NCBI RefSeq assembly: GCF_039654945.1
Contig: NW_027361704.1
Location: forward strand, 42,036,001 to 42,100,000
Length of the DNA stretch: 64,000 bases
Reading direction: 5' to 3'
From: Dendrobates tinctorius
Taxonomy: Eukaryota
Part shown: positions 1 through 13,431 of the stretch, piece after piece
How the letters are laid out: the number at the start of each line of letters is the position of its first letter
How positions within the stretch are numbered: the stretch's first letter is position 1
The notes under the pieces: generated by a model
Databases searched by the model: none
What the model was told of the DNA's origin: nothing
Seen by the model: only the letters and a program-made list of their open reading frames with translations
Made by a program: the position numbers and the translations under genes

Positions 1-1299
1 AATCCCCCAATGACCCCAATATGCCTACTTACAGATCCGAGAATTAAGAAAACAGCCTGATGGGTGAAAATGCAGCAGGTGTCAGGTTTATGCTATAGCC
101 GACACACTTCTACTAAGGCCACAAGAAGAGATGGTACCAATGACCGTTCAACTCCCTTGATACTGCACTCCAAAAACATGATTTTTGTGATCCATGGCAA
201 TCTGAGCAAAATAGCAGCTTTGCTGTTTGACTGTTATGGTGGCCCTTTTGGATGTCGGCAACATTTTAGTAGAAAAGATATTAATGCAAAATTAAATGAA
301 ACAATGCCTGTGAAGAACCTGAAGGGTTAACAAAATTACCTACCAGGAGTTTTTAACCCCTTCATGACCGGAGGTATTTTCGTTTTTTGCTCCCCTTTTC
401 AGAACCATAACTATTTATTTTTCAGTCAATATGGCCATGCGAGGGGCTTGTTGTACTTTGAACGACATTCATTGGTTTTAACATAATGTGTACTGGAAAA
501 CGGGGAAAAAATTCCAAGTGCTATGAAATTGCAAAAAAAAGTGCAATTCTACAACTGCTTTTTGTTTTGCTTTTTTACTAGGTTCACTAAATGCTAAAAC
601 TGACCTGCCACTATGATTCACCAGGTCAATACGAGTTCATAGACACTAAACATGTCTAGGTTCTTCTTTTATTTAACTCCTTAGTGACAGCCATTTTGCA
701 GCTTAATGACCAGGCCAATTTTTACAATTCTGACCACTGTCAATTTATGAGGTTATAACTCTGGAAAGCTTTAACGGATCCCGCTGATTCTGAGATTGTT
801 TTTTGTGACATTTTACTTCACGATAGTGGTAAAATTTCTTCGATATGACTTGTTTAGTTATGAAACAAATGGAAATATGGAGAAAATTTTTCAATTTTCA
901 AACTTTAATTTTTTGCTCTTAAATCAGAGAGAGATATGTCACACAAATATCTTAATAAATAACATTTCCCACATGTCTACTTTACATCAGCACAATTTTG
1001 GAAGCAAATTTTTTTCTTGTTAGGAAGTTTTAAGGGTTAAAAGTTGACCAGCGATTTCTCATTTCTACAACAGAATTTACAAAACCATTTTTTTTTTTTT
1101 TTTTTTTTTTTAGGGACCACATCATATTTAAAGTCATTTTGAGGGGTGTACATGACAGAAAATACCCAAAAGTGACACAATTCTAAAAACTGGACCCCTC
1201 AAGATGCTCAAAATCACATTCAAGAAGTTTATTAACCCTTTACGTGCTTCACAGAAACTGAAGCAATGTGGAAGGAAAAAAAATGAACATTTAACTTTT

Positions 1300-2535
1300 T
1301 TTTGCACACAATTTACTTCAGAACCAATTTTTTTATTTTCACAAGTGTTAAAAGAGAAAGTGAACCACAAAATTTGTTATGCAATTTCTCCTGAATGTGC
1401 CGATACCCCATATGTGGGGATAAACCACCTTTTGGGCGCATGGCAGAGCTCGCAAGAGAGGAGTGCCGTTTGACTTTTTCAACGCAGAATTGGCTGGAAT
1501 TGAGATCGGACGCCATGTTGCGTTCGGAGAGCCCCTGATGTGCCTAAACAGTGGAAACCCACAACAAGTGACCCCATTAAGGAACTTATCTAGATGTGTG
1601 GTGAGCACTTTGAAGCTCTAAGTGCTTCACAGAAGTTTATAACGTAGAGCCGTGAAAGTAAAAAAACATTCTTTTTTCCACAAAAATGATCTTTCGCCCC
1701 CAAATTTTTATTTTTACAAGGGTAACAGGAGAAATTAGACCCCCAAAGTTGTTGTGCAATTTTTCCTGAGTACGCCCATACCCCCTATGTGGGAGTAAAC
1801 CACTGTTTGGGCGCACGGCAGAGCTCAAAAGGGAAGGAGCACCGTATGACTTTTTCAATGCAGAATTGTCTGGAATTGAGATCAGACGCCATGTCGCATT
1901 TGGAGAGCCCCTGATGTGCTAAACAGTGAAAAAAAAAAACCAAAGTGACCCCATTTTGGAAACTAGACCCCTTAAGTAGCTTATCTAGATGTGTGATGAG
2001 CACTTTGAACCCCCAAGTTCTTCAAAGAAGTTTATAACGAGGAGCAGTGAAAATAAAAAATTATTTTTTCCACAAAAGTGATTTTTTTAGCCCACTATTT
2101 TTTATTATCCCAAGGGTAACAGGAGAAATTGGACCACAAAAGTTGTTCTGCAATTTGTCCTGAGTACGCTGATACACCATATGTGGGGGGAACCACTGTT
2201 TGGGCACATGGGAGAGCTCGGAAGGGAAGGAACACTATTTTGGAATGCAGACTTTGATGGAATGTTCTGCAGGCATCATGTTGTGTTTGCAGAGCCCCTG
2301 ATGTGCCTAAACAGTGAAAAGAAAACCCACAAGTGATCCCATTTTGGAAACTAGACCCAAAAGGAGCTTATCTAGATGTGTGGTGAGCACTTTGAACCCC
2401 CAAGTGTTTCACAGAAGTTTATAACACAGAGCCGTGAAAAAAAAAACATCTTTTTTTCCACAAAAGTGATTTTTTTTAGCCCCCAATTTTTTTATTTTCC
2501 CAAGGGTAACAGGAGAAATTAGACCCCCAAAGTTG
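1300..2535. repeat. ~3 diverged tandem copies of a ~390-bp unit
   Basis: TCTAGATGTGTG(G/A)TGAGCACTTTGAA recurs at ~1589, ~1985 and ~2371; GAGCCCCTGATGTGC also recurs. Confidence 0.8.
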
Positions 2536-2569
2536 GTAAATAGTGGAAACCTCTCAATTCTTACTCCAA

Positions 2570-2657
2570 CTCTAACCCCAACACACCCCTAACCCTAATC
2601 CCAACCCGAACCCTAATTCCAACCCTATCCCTAATTCCAACCCTAATTCTAACCCTA
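2570..2657. repeat. Degenerate (CCCTAA)n-like telomere-type repeat inside the transposon
   Basis: CCCTAA interspersed with CCCAA/TCCAA variants. Confidence 0.6.
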
Positions 2658-3295
2658 GCAGGAAAATTGAAAATAAATGTATTTTCTGTATTTTATTATA
2701 TGTACCTAACCAAGGGGGTGATAAAATGGGGTTTTTTTTTACTTTTTTTTTTATTTTGATCACTTTGATAGTTTATCACAGTGATCAAAATGAATTAATG
2801 GAATCTGCAAGCCGGCAGATTTGCAGCGGGCACACTGCGCATGCGCCCACCATTTTCTTCTGGGACCAAGATGGTGGAGCCCACCAGAGGAGGCAGGAGG
2901 GACCCAGGACCACCGGGAGGTACCGGGGGGGGGGGGTCAGGGACCCTATTTCTCTCTCCTCTGATGTGCGATCACAAATTAAATGCAAAATTGCGGCTTT
3001 TTTTGCGATCGCCGTTATAGGGTTAATAACGGCGATAGCAAAAGCGGGGTCAGTAAATACCGACCCGAATCATGTTCTCTGGGGTCTCGGCTACCCCCGG
3101 CAGCTGAGATCCCGGAGAAAATCCGACGCTGGGGGGCACTATTTACTTTCTCCACAGCGCCGTGAATTAACGGCACTGTGGTTTAAGTACCCTTAACTAC
3201 CGCTGTTAAAAGGCGTATCGGCGGTCGTTAAGGAGTTAAGTAGTAAAAAAATTCCAAAGTTTAAAAAAAAAATTTGCTCCATTTTCCAATACCCG

Positions 3296-3727
3296 GATAT
3301 AACAAGAGAACATAGAATGGCAGATTTGCAAAAATTTGCAAAAATTCTCTGCAGCCAAAAATATGGCAGTAATCAGCAAGTGCTGAACAACAAATACAGG
3401 GTATTTAGTCGATACGTTTTTTTGCAAAAAAATGTATACCAAGCTGCCTCACCAACGTCAAGGTAACCCGTGTCGAAGCAGGTTACCTTGACGTTGGTGA
3501 GGCAGCTTGGTATACTTTTTTTTGCAAAAAAACGTATCGACTAAATACCCTGTATTTGTTGCTCAGCACTTGCTGATTACTGCCATATTTTTGGCTGCAG
3601 AGAATTTTTGCAAATTTTTGCAAATCTGCCATTCTATGTTCTCTTGTTATATCCTAGTTAATGGGTGGTGTGAACACTGTCTGACCGACGTGTTCACATT
3701 TGTGCATTTCACATGTGTTTTTAATCT
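3296..3727. mobile_element. Short retro-type insertion consisting mostly of a 174-bp-arm palindrome, with a 15-bp TSD
   Basis: TSD ATTTTCCAATACCCG at 3281-3295 and 3728-3742. Arms at 3295-3468 and 3481-3654, 12-nt loop, 2 mismatches seen. Confidence 0.8.
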
Positions 3728-4614
3728 ATTTTCCAATACCCGTAGCGTCTCCATTTTTCGTGATCTCGGGTTGGGTGAAGGCTTATTTTTTGCATGTCGA
3801 GTTGATGTTTTTAATGATACCATTTTGGTGCAGATGATTTTTTGATCGCGCGTTATTGTATTTTAATGCAATGTTGCTGTGACCATAAAAAGTAATTATG
3901 GTGTTTTGATTTTTTTTTCTCATTACGCTGTTTAGCGATTGGGTTAATTCTTTTTTCATGTTAATAGATTGGGGCGATTCTGAACACGGCGATACCAAAT
4001 ATGAGTGTTTTATTTTCTTTTTATTTTATTTTGAACGGGGCGACAGGGGGTTGATTTGAACTTTTATATTTTTTTATTTTAATATTTTAAAAAAAAAAGG
4101 TTTTTTTTACTTTTAGCATGCTTCAATAGGCTCCATGGGAGACTAGAAGTTGCCATAATCCAATCGACTCTGCTTCATACAGGTGATGATCAGGTCGTCT
4201 GTATGTAGCAGAATTGCTCACTTGCACTCAGAGCAATCAGGCAGTGATAACCATAGAGATCTGCAGGAGACCTCTGATTGACAACCCATCAGTGACCCAA
4301 AATCACATGACGAGGGTCACCAATGGGCAGATTTCCGGCACATATGGTGGAAGTGCGTGCTAAATGCTGCTGACAGTGTTTGACAGTGGCATTTAACGGG
4401 TTAATAGTGATTCCACACGCTGCTGTTCCGGGTACATATCAGCTGTTCAAAACAGCTAACATGTGCCAGGAAAGATGTGGACTCCCCGCCAGAGCCCACA
4501 TCAAAGGGAGGGTGTCCAACATCGGCATAATATTACGCCCGATGTTGGAGAGGGGTTAATACTCTGAGGGGTGTGATTTTTGAAGCCATATGACTGAGGT
4601 TTTTCAATATGTAG

Positions 4615-4793
4615 CTGGACCCGTAGAAGCGAGTAATCGCGAAACGGCCATTGTCCGGCACCTCCCTCCCCTAGCATTCCTCTAACGTCCTGCATGTCCA
4701 CACATCTATTGATGGAATTTATGTGAAATAAAGACGCACAGTTTTTCAGCTATATCGGTGAGTGCTGCATATTTCTTCTTTTTTCGCTTCACA
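4615..4793 (+). mobile_element. Short Penelope-like/retrozyme-like insertion with a degenerate hammerhead motif and a 14-bp TSD
   Basis: TSD TTTTCAATATGTAG at 4601-4614 and 4794-4807. Motif CTGGAC-CCGTAGAA-GCGA-GTAA-TCGC-GAAAC-GGCC-ATT-GTCCGG at 4615-4658, followed by AATAAA. Confidence 0.65.
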
Positions 4794-7700
4794 TTTTCAA
4801 TATGTAGGCTCTTCGCAATCATATCAAATCTAAATAGGTCTTGAAAAATTGAAAAACAAAAACAGCTGCTAAACTTTGAAATCTCCTAACATTCTAACAA
4901 ACTAAAAAAATAATGATGACAAAGTAGACTTATTAAACATTTTGTTTGGTATGGCTATGGTATCATTTTTTTTTAATTTATTTATTTTTTTAAGATTACT
5001 TTACCTGTTTTTTTATTATCTATACCACCACAGTCGTCTATATGGTATGATATCCACAACAACCCCCATCATAGCATGGTATCACCATAGACCTCAAATA
5101 GTATGATGTGCACCAAAGCCCCTCATACATAGTATAATGGCCCCCACAGGGCTCTATGCAGTATGGACACCACAGCCTCACATACTATGATGTCCTCCAC
5201 AGCCCCTCATGTGATGGCCCCACACTATAAGAATTAAAAAAAATATATATTTATGCTCCCCTTATCCAGGCTCCCTGCACACTGTGGCCGTCGTGTCCTT
5301 TTCTGTTTTGAATAGCAGTGAGCACTAGGTAGCGCAATGTAGTGATGTCATTGCACCGTCCGATGTCCTCTGCGTGTCTCCATCAGAGCACAGGCCGGAA
5401 GTGGCCTATGTTCTGCATGAGTTTCCAATTACAGCTCCTTTGCACCTATCCCAGGAGTAAACACAGCAATTGTGTTTGTGTCTTCCAGGCTAGCCTGTGC
5501 ACAGGTAGGGAGGGATAAACACCTTTGTGTCTGCGCCCTGGCCGTCAGTGTGCTGAATGCCTGTGGCCGGAAAAAAGGTGCTGGGCGAATGCATGCATTC
5601 ATGAATTATTTTCAAAATGCACCCAATCTTGTAGGCAAGAGGTAGCACCCTAAGCAGATGCCTATCCCTCATCCTGGCCCTGGTATTAGTATCCACAGGA
5701 AAGGAGTCAAAAACAGTAAAATCAGGTGCACAATATGCTACCGATGCCTGCCACCAGCTTCATTGGCAAAGTAGACAAGTTGGTTAGAAATTGGGCATTA
5801 TTGTTTTATAAGGGGGCAAAATATTGGGTATTATTGCCATGTGGGGAACTAAGAGAATAGAAACCCTATTACTAGTTTTGGGCAGTAAGAAGATCGCTAT
5901 TACTCCATGAATCATAAAGCCTACCCTTATAATGTGTTCTGTACATTATGATACACACCCTACCTGGTTTCCCTACAAAAAAATTATGCAGTTTCCCTTT
6001 GCATTAATTGTAATATACCTTGTGCCCCTACAAGTTAAATACACATGTTCTCTGAAATACCTAAATCATAATTGCATATCTAACCTCTTCTGGCCAGGTC
6101 TGTCTCCTATTGGAGGACATAAACGGCGTAATGACATCATTGCATCTGAGAGATAAAGTGCCAAATTGTAAGTTAGGGACTCCCTTGTACCTACCAGTGT
6201 CTGAGTATTCCATTTTTAATGACATGGATACAGTTCAGTAATATGAGGATAGATTCAGGATCCCTTTTCTCCCTGATTCCACAAACCAAACCGACAGTCA
6301 TAAAACAGTCTTGAGAACCAGAAGATACAGCCTGGATTCCTCTCCTGCACTGTGTGTAGGTGATTCAATCTCCTATCTTTTTTTTTTTTTATAAAAATAC
6401 AGTATTGAAGCAAAGTACAAAAGGAAAATGGAAATATTTGAGAATTTTTCACTTTTGCTTGAATTGATTGCTTTCTTAGGAAAAGGGTAGCAAATAATAT
6501 TCTCTCAAACACCATGTCAATAAAGCCTCAGGTCAGGACTCTGTAGGATCTAAAATCATTGCTTTCTAAAACTTTGTCTATTGTTTGACCAATGACTGCA
6601 AAAATGTATAAAAATTGTACAGAAATTGCTGTCTATAAAAATGCATTGAATAGCCTGAAAATCTAATAATCATTCAAGTTGGGGAAATTTCAAAAAGTCA
6701 AAGCTACATTTTCCATTATAGAATAAACCTCTTAGAAAAAGCTTCATAAAACTCTGTAGAAAGAAATGAAAATATATCTTACTGCAAAGTCCGTGTATAG
6801 CCTTAGCCAAAGAATGCTTGATGTCGGAAATTAACTAAGGATTTGTTCTGATTGCAATATCTGCTTTTCTCCCCCCTTGCATAGAAAAGCATCCACTGTA
6901 CAGAACTTTTTCTTGCTTTCTCTGGATCTATACAGCATGTAAATCATAGAATATGTTTTCTAAAGCACAACGTAAAAGCACGCAGGCAGCATAGATGTCC
7001 CATGGATGGCGGGGGCAAGACAACAAGCTCAAAAATGTTTCCATCTGCTCACGGCTACACTAAGAACAGCGCACGCTAAGGCAGTGGTGTTGTGAAAAAG
7101 ATTGCTAATGGATCAGCCCAGAATTCAAAAAATTTCTTGCCGAAGAGGTGTAATTTAGAAAGAGAACGGGAATAACATGCCGAAAGGATGGATATCATAA
7201 CAGCGACAAACGTAGCAAAATCTCGGCAAGCCCCAATTATACTCAACAATTGACTTGTGCATACTACCCTTTAACTTCAGGCAAATCAGAATTCTAAAAA
7301 ATGTACATTTCTTTTGATTCAGTCTATTCCTATTTTGTACTGTCTTGAGTAAAACATTAAAATCAAAAAAATTATTTAAATAAAGTTGGGAACCATAAAC
7401 AGGTCAAGGATTGGACCCAACGTGTTATACAATTTTTTCGTCTCATTGAAAAGTATTACGGACACTTTTTTTGGAGGACAATGTGCATCCACAATCTTTA
7501 AAAAAAAAAATGTAAAACTTCCCAGACTAGATGAAAAATTTAAAATATATCTTTAGTAATTAGATTTTTATGAATTGCAAAAGAAAAAATTACATGTGCC
7601 TTCACTGATGAACTGCGGCTCTGCCAGCATTTTTTTTTTTATCCCTGACGAGCAGATGTAACATTTTAGCCAATGTGATTGTTTGTGGAAGGAATAATTC

Positions 7701-8999
7701 TGATCAAGACGTAAAATGCAGCCAATGCAGGTCCTGCATTCTATCACCGGTAATCTGTTCTGACAGGTCATAGTAAGTGGAGATTCCTACTGTGAAGAGC
7801 GCAGATGTGAAGGGTCTGCGGCAGACCGATGAATCAAAACTCAAAGTGTAAAACAGAATGTATCAAGGGTTAAAAGCCATTGGATACATTAACGGATGAC
7901 CATTACAGTGATTAATGCGCTTTGAAAAATAAGTAGTGGATGCATTAGATAAAAAATGTCCCCTTTTAATATGGGGGGGGGGGGAGACCTTTTTTTTTTA
8001 ATTTTTTTTTCCAATTGGCATTTGCCACGGCAATCTACCTAGATGAGAATTAGGCTGCTATTTTCAGAGTTTATAAAAAAGCTCAAAATATTTTTTTTAA
8101 ATTTTTTTACTATTTTTGAATAATGAAAGCATTACTACGGGTCAGCCTTTCCAGAAAACACAGATGAAATAGCGTCATATAGGAAGCAGCTCGGTACTTT
8201 GTAGATCAGTATGCCAAAAATACCTTACAGACCTCAAGGATGTCATAGCTGATTACATAAATCTAACAACCAGCCCCTAAATTGCTTGAAAAGCAAGAGT
8301 GTTCCTTAAAATGGTTCTAAATTGCAGCAAATCAAGATATTTTTGGAAGACAGACTGCAGATTAGACTCATTTCCCCCCCCAAAACGGCAGTTCAGACCA
8401 GTCAGATTACTGCAGCAAGAGGAGGCCTTCTGGTTGGTGGCGCTGATTACAGACAGGGCAGATGAGCCTCAACAACTCCTAATTACATTGTAATCGGATG
8501 AAGCAAAAACATTCCAGTTCCTTTTTAAGAAAGACGACCGCAGTCTTACTGGAAGTCAGATGCACAAAATAACGGTTAGATGCCCTGACATTGACCACAG
8601 AATAAAGGCAAAATATTGCTTGGGGAAGTATCGATTTGCCATGAGCCCTAGGCATGGTACATTTTCTACATTGCCCACTTTAAACATTTTTCATCTTTTC
8701 GAAGAAAATTGGGGTGAAGGTACAAAATAAAAAAAATGTACAAATTGATGCTAATAATTTTTTCTCCGCTCTAGAGAAATATTAAGGCGTGATATGAAGT
8801 GATAGAGGCATTACACACAAACTGAAACCTAATGCCGTTAAGGAATATTTACCGTCCCCCATTTCTTTTATAGAGACCCCTCCTTACTAAAGAAGTGAGG
8901 CTAATGGATAAAAAAAAAAAAAAAAGCAATGGCACATTACCATTCAAAAACACACTTTATAATCCAGAAGTATAAGCCTAATTCTAGTTTCCAGACTTA

Positions 9000-9387
9000 G
9001 GCCGCTTTCACACTTCAGGCTTTCGGTATCCGGCATGGGGCGGCAAAAAACCGGACTACCGCATCCGGCTGCATACGCAGACACCGGATCCTTCTTTCTG
9101 CCGCATATATTCCTGGCAGAGAAGGTTTCCGGGCATGCGCAGTGCGAAAAACCGGTCCGGCATTGGGAAAAAACGTTGCATGCAACGTTTTTTCCAGACG
9201 CCGGATCGGCTATTTTCTCCGGATCCGGAAAAAAACGGATGCGCCGCATTGCCATCCGGCGCAATGCGGCAGCAATGAAACAGCACGGGAAAAAAGCCGG
9301 ATCTGGTCGTAACAGGCGCCGGATCCAGCAGTCCGGTTTTTCGCCGCACCATGCCGGATACCGAAAGCCTGAAGTGTGAAAGCGGCC
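9000..9387. mobile_element. PIF/Harbinger-type MITE
   Basis: TIR GGCCGCTTTCACACTTCAGGCTTTCGGTATCCGGCATGG and its reverse complement; TTA TSD on both sides. Confidence 0.85.
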
Positions 9388-10091
9388 TTAACAGGATATT
9401 CCAGTCTCCAAGATCCTATCCCAATATGTAGTTGGTGTAATAATATTAGCAAATATATCCAATCAGAAATGTAGTGTTGTTCTTCTGATAAGCTATGTTG
9501 CTTATCTCATGTGCAGGCCATTGCATTAGCATACAAATGACCAAAAACTGACTGGCACATCCAGACTAGTGTGAATGGGAGCATACCTACCCCCATATAC
9601 AATAAACAAAAAAGGTTGCACTCCATCATGCTAAAGCATGTCAATGTGAAATATATGAAACATGAATAGCAACACGGCTTTTGAATACTAGATTTCTTTG
9701 AGATTTGAAGGTTTGGTAATCCTGAATATTTTTTTTAGCTTTAATTAGCCCTTAAAGGAGTTGTCCGGCCGTAGGCTACAAGTCTGCAGTCTTGTGAATC
9801 CTCATGTCACACACTGAGTGCTGCAAGGATTCTCTAGTGCACACGCCAGGAACGTGACGGCAAGTATGCGATTACCATATATGCAGTCAAGTGCTGACTA
9901 GACGTGTGTTGCCTCAATCACTAAGGTGGGAAAAGCTAGCCATCTAGTTGGAATGCGATTGAAAGTAGGCAAGTTGCATACTTAAAGTCACATGACCCCC
10001 CCCCCCTCCCAACACCCGGAGACTTGTCAGCACGCAGTTCACACGATGTGAAGATTCACAATTCTGCAGTTATATAGAAAGACTCCATATA

Positions 10092-10230
10092 CAGCTCTGA
10101 CAAAAATTGAGAGACCACTTTCAAATGTTCAGTTTGTCTGAATTTTCTCTTTATAGGTATATTTGAGTAAAATGTAAATTGTTCTTTTAGTCTATAAACT
10201 TCTGACATGTCTCCGAATTTCCAAGCACTA
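10092..10230. mobile_element. Terminal fragment of a Tc1-like element (same family as 60330-60870)
   Basis: TA|CAGCTCTGACAAAAATTGAGAGACCAC; reverse-complement similarity to ~60730-60870. Confidence 0.6.
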
Positions 10231-10727
10231 AAACCATTGATCAGAGAAATAAAAATTTAAGTCCCATACAGGACGAAGTAAAAAAATAAATTAAATAAAT
10301 AAAAAAAAAAAAAGAATAAAAAAAAATATTAAGCCAACAAATATGTATATTTATGTAAAACATTTTATGTAAAAACAAAAAGTACACATTTGTTATCGTC
10401 GCGTCTGAAACGACCAAACCTACAAAAACTGTCAGGCTAGTTAACGCCTTCAGTGCACGCCGTAAAAAAAAAAAAAAAAAAAATATAGAGCAAAACCTGC
10501 TTTTTCATCATGCCACTGAACAAAATGTAGAATAAAACACAATCAAAAAGTCAAATCAAAATAAAAATGGTAGCAATGAAAACATCTTGTCCTGCAAAAA
10601 CTAAGCTGCCATACAGCTCCAACAGCGGAAAAAAAAAGTTAAAGCTCTCAGAATAAAGCGACGCAATAATTATTTTTTCTATAAAATAGTTTTTATTGTG
10701 AAAAAGCAGCAAAACAAACACAATATA

Positions 10728-12338
10728 CAGTGGCATGCAAAAGTTTGGGCACCCCTGGTCAAAATTACTGTTATTGTGAATAGCTAAGCAAGTTGAAGAT
10801 AAAATGATCTCTAAAAGGCCTAAAGTTAAAGATGACACATTTGTTTTGTATTTTAGGCTAAAAAGTAATACACATTGTCATTTTTTCACATTTTAAAAAT
10901 TACAAAAAGAAAAAAATGGTCCGATGCTAAAGTTTGGGCACCTTTGGAGATTTGTGTGCTCAGATAACTTTGACCAAGGTTTCAGACCTTAATTAGCCTG
11001 TAAGGGTTATGGCTTGTTCACCCTCAATGTTAGGAAAGGCCAGCTGATGCAGATTCCACAGGTTTAGAAACACATAGCCTCCTCTACCCTTGTGCGAAAA
11101 AACAGCCACCATGGGTCCTTTTAAGCAGCTGCCTAGCACTCTGAAAATGAAAATGGTGGAGGCCCACAAAGCAGGAGAAGGCTATAAGAAGATAGCAAAG
11201 CGTTTTCAAGTTGTCCTTTCCTCAGTTCAATATGTAATTCAGTAATGGCAGTTTACAGGAACAGTGGAGGTCAAGATAAGGTCTGGAAGGCCAAGCAAAA
11301 TTTCAGAGAGAGCTGCTTGTAGGATTGCTAGAAAGGCATATCAGAACCCCCACTTGACTGCAAAAGACCTTCAGAAAGATTTAGCAGATTCTGGAGTTGT
11401 GGTAATTGTTCTACTGTTCAGAGACACCTTATCAAATATGGCCTTTATGGAAGAGTCATCAGAAGAAAACCTCTCCTGAACCCTCACCATAAAATTCAGC
11501 ATCAGAGGTATGCAAAAGAACATCTAAACAAGCCCAATGCATTTTAGAAACAAGTCCTGTGAATCGTTGAAGTTAAAATAGAACTCTTTGGTCACAATGA
11601 ACAAAGGTATGTGCAGAGAAAAAATTGCATAGAATTTCAGGAAAAGAACATCTCTCCAACCATTAAGCATGGGGATGGATCAATCATGCTTTGGAGTTGT
11701 GCTGCAGACAATGGCACAGGGAACATTTCACAGGTAGAGGGAAGAATGGATTCAAGGAAATTTCGACAAATTCTTGATGCAAACATGCATCAAAAAAGCT
11801 GAATTTGAAAACAGGATGGCTTCTACAAATGGATGATTACACACATCAAAATCCACAATAGACTACCTCAAAAGGCGATAGCTAAAGGTTTTTGAATGGC
11901 CCTCACCGTCCCCCAATTCGATCATCATTGAAAATCTGTGGCTAGTCCTCAAAATAGCAGTGCATGTAAGACGAACCAGGAATCTCACAGAAATGGAAGA
12001 ATTTTCCAAGGAAGAATGGATGAAAATCCATCAAACAAGAATTGAAAGACTCTTGGCTGGCTACTAAAAGCATTTACAAGCTGTGATTTTTTTTAAAAGG
12101 TAGTACTACTAGGTACTAACTATGCAGGGTGCCCAAACTTTTGCATTGGCCTATTTTCCTTATTGTAATTTTTAAAATGTAAAAAATGACAATATATATT
12201 TTTTTTGGCCTAAAATACAGAGAAAATGTGTCATCTTTAACTTTAGCCCTTTTAGAGATCATTCCATCTTCAACTTGCTTAACTGTTCACAATAACAGTA
12301 ATTTTGACCAGGGGTGCCCAAACTTTTGCATGCCACTG
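10728..12338 (+). mobile_element. Tc1/mariner transposon with long IR/DR-type TIRs and a decayed transposase
   Basis: TA|CAGTGGCATGCAAAAGTTTGGGCACCCCTGGTC...reverse complement|TA, ~210-bp TIRs. Transposase fragments RSGRPSKIS and PTIKHGDGSIMLW broken by stops and frameshifts. Confidence 0.92.
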
Positions 12339-13431
12339 TAAAATGTGGGATAGATGCAATTTTACTGACACAAAGAATAAAGCTGCCTTATCAATTTTAC
12401 CACACATGGAATAACCAAAAAAAAAAAAAAATTAAAAAAAAAAAAATTCCTGAATTGCTGATTTTTGAAAATGGTACCAATAAAAAAGTCAACTTGTCCT
12501 CCAAAAAAAAGTCCTCATGTGACTGTCGGCCGAAATATGGAAAAATTATAGCTCTCAAAATATGGTGATGCAAAGACTTGTTTTCACAATAAAAAGCATC
12601 TTTAATGTTTACAGCAGCTAAACATAAAAACCCAATATAAATCTTCTATCACACTGACCTGAAGTATAAAGTCGTCTAATCACTTACACCGCACGAGGAA
12701 CGGCATAAAAAAAAATAAAGAAAACATTCTTCACATGCTGTTGCTTTGTTAATTTTGCCTCACAAACGTCACAGTAAGGTTCGGCGCACATTCATCCTGC
12801 GCTCTGCTCTGAGCGCTAACACCGGGGTTTCCATGTAAATCTCTGAAATATGTGATTCAGATGGAACCCCCAGCGGAAGATTCCCTATAATGAGCAGATG
12901 GAGACACTGTGGACGCCGTCTGACCTGTGATCAGGTGGTGTCCATCTTTTTAGTCGTACATAAAAGCACGGACCACCAGTTTTGTGCACCTCTGAAAAGG
13001 ACAGTGCTGAACAGAGACCAGACCGAGTAACTCTGCTGCCTCATTATAGTGAATGGATCCCTTGTGGGTTTCATCTGAATCATGTCATGATGAGATTAGG
13101 ATGGAAAGCCCAAAGTAAATGCTTAGCGTGCCCTATAAATATGATCCTAAACCTTATGGAAAAATGTTCCCAATAAAAGCTTCAACTCAAGCCACAAAAA
13201 AAGCCCTCACTCAGGGCTGTCATCTGTTAACGGAAATATAGGGGACTTCCACCTAACTGGTAGTACAAAGGCTCTGGAAAAGCACTATGGCTCCTCATCT
13301 CCTTAAAGAAATTCCGCAAATTCTGCACTCCCAAATGTAACTGCACCCCTCCCTTTCTGATACCCAGTGGGCTTAATCCACATTTAGCGCCCACATGTTT
13401 GGCATTTCTATACCGATGAGAGCCTGCCTAA

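Larger units (their letters stand above)
677..3235. mobile_element. Nested non-autonomous piggyBac-like element with internal ~390-bp tandem repeats
   Basis: TTAA|CTCCTTA (673-683) and TAAGGAG|TTAA (3229-3239). Removing the element leaves one TTAA with continuous flanks. A related sequence lies in reverse orientation at ~15030-15869. Confidence 0.75.
357..4555. mobile_element. Non-autonomous TTAA-targeting (piggyBac-like) DNA transposon hosting nested insertions
   Basis: TTAA|CCCCTT at 353-362 and AGGGG|TTAA at 4551-4559; no transposase ORF. Confidence 0.65.

Noticed and set aside
2570-2657. Interstitial telomere or chromosome fusion scar
   Set aside because: Short, degenerate, single-orientation and inside a transposon.
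3236-3845. Pair of near-identical ORFs on opposite strands
   Set aside because: A consequence of the DNA palindrome; no protein motif.
7600-7640. CTGATGA as another hammerhead core (also at ~58220 and ~63664)
   Set aside because: No stem II followed by GAAA and no closing stems.
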